Positions 25,055-25,544 of a stretch of 25,544 bases of DNA are shown piece after piece. Made by a program: the position numbers and the translations under genes. The DNA lies in IMG/VR virus record IMGVR_UViG_3300020352_000034, positions 1 through 25,544 of that record. One strand, given 5' to 3'. Each line of letters opens with the position of its first letter. Position 1 is the first letter of the stretch. The notes beneath the pieces are model-generated. The model was not told where the DNA came from and ran no database searches. It saw nothing but the letters and a program-made list of their open reading frames with translations. The stretch is from a virus (taxonomy: Duplodnaviria > Caudoviricetes).

Positions 25055-25062
25055 TATTTATC
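25055..25062 (-). promoter_or_regulatory. Late-promoter variant GATAAATA
   Basis: 5 nt before the ATG at 25049; same geometry as the 14092 promoter. Confidence 0.5.
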
Positions 25063-25544
25063 TATTCTGCAACCCTTGAGAAGTTCTTATGCTTCTCAAA
25101 TCGTATAACATCATTAAACTTATCATATAATGCATCACCTTTGTGAGATATAATAAATGCGTTGGTTTTTTCTGTAAGTGTATTCAAAAGTTTTAGAAAG
25201 TCGTCTGTACCATTAGTATCTAAAGAAGAGTCAAATACTTCGTCTAATATCAATAGATTGGTGTTAACACTATTCTTCATTCTTGCAACAGCCCTCCATG
25301 TGAACAATAATGATAAATCAATTCTCATCTTTTCTCCTTGTGAGAAGTTATCATATTTAAATACATCTCTGAATCTTGACTTGATTGTTTCTTCAAAAGA
25401 TTCATTCAATTCAAACCCAACATAGAACTCCAGTTGTGCAAGGTACTTATTAATAAGTTTGTTCATAATAGGAACATACTGTCTTATGATTCTTTCCTTA
25501 ACACCTTGGTCTCTAAGAAGTGTCGTAGCAATGTCATAATAATG
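25062..25544 (-). CDS. gp46: Recombination endonuclease ATPase subunit gp46 (Rad50/SbcC-like), 3' part
   Basis: ABC signature FSQGEKMRIDL, Walker B/D-loop LILDEVFDSSLD, IISH; frame open to the window edge. Confidence 0.95.
   Translation of the reverse strand, partial: HYYDIATTLLRDQGVKERIIRQYVPIMNKLINKYLAQLEFYVGFELNESFEETIKSRFRDVFKYDNFSQGEKMRIDLSLLFTWRAVARMKNSVNTNLLILDEVFDSSLDTNGTDDFLKLLNTLTEKTNAFIISHKGDALYDKFNDVIRFEKHKNFSRVAE

Noticed and set aside
352-25425. All plus-strand ORFs in the track (e.g. 3088-3702, 9996-10463, 7299-7625)
   Set aside because: They lie antisense to well-supported minus-strand genes and show no recognisable motifs; treated as shadow ORFs
1-25544. tRNA/rRNA genes and alternative genetic code
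   Set aside because: No cloverleaf was seen in the few intergenic gaps, and conserved genes translate full length with the standard code

Overview
AT-rich fragment of a T4-like (marine myophage-type) phage genome, with essentially all genes on the minus strand. Read right to left it carries the T4 replication core: gp46 (partial), gp45 clamp, gp44/gp62 clamp loader, regA and gp43 DNA polymerase (partial). Interspersed are typical marine-myophage accessory genes: peptide deformylase, a 2OG-Fe(II) oxygenase, a CobT-like VWA/CobS AAA pair, Hsp20, a peroxiredoxin and a lysozyme. Between regA and gp43 lies an ~8 kb operon that starts at a T4-type late promoter. It encodes two paralogous membrane proteins, a radical SAM enzyme, CsgF, CsgG, two curlin-like beta-solenoid proteins, a FecR-domain protein, IscU and a CHASE2 class III adenylate cyclase, making it a candidate phage-encoded curli secretion plus trans-envelope cAMP signalling system. 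Other highlights are a two-fold symmetric structured RNA and a ROSE-like thermometer upstream of hsp20, a methyltransferase/hydroxylase/GNAT cluster beside gp43, a thrice-repeated early promoter, several apparently leaderless genes, and an apparent absence of GATC. All calls come from reading motifs by eye; no searches were run.
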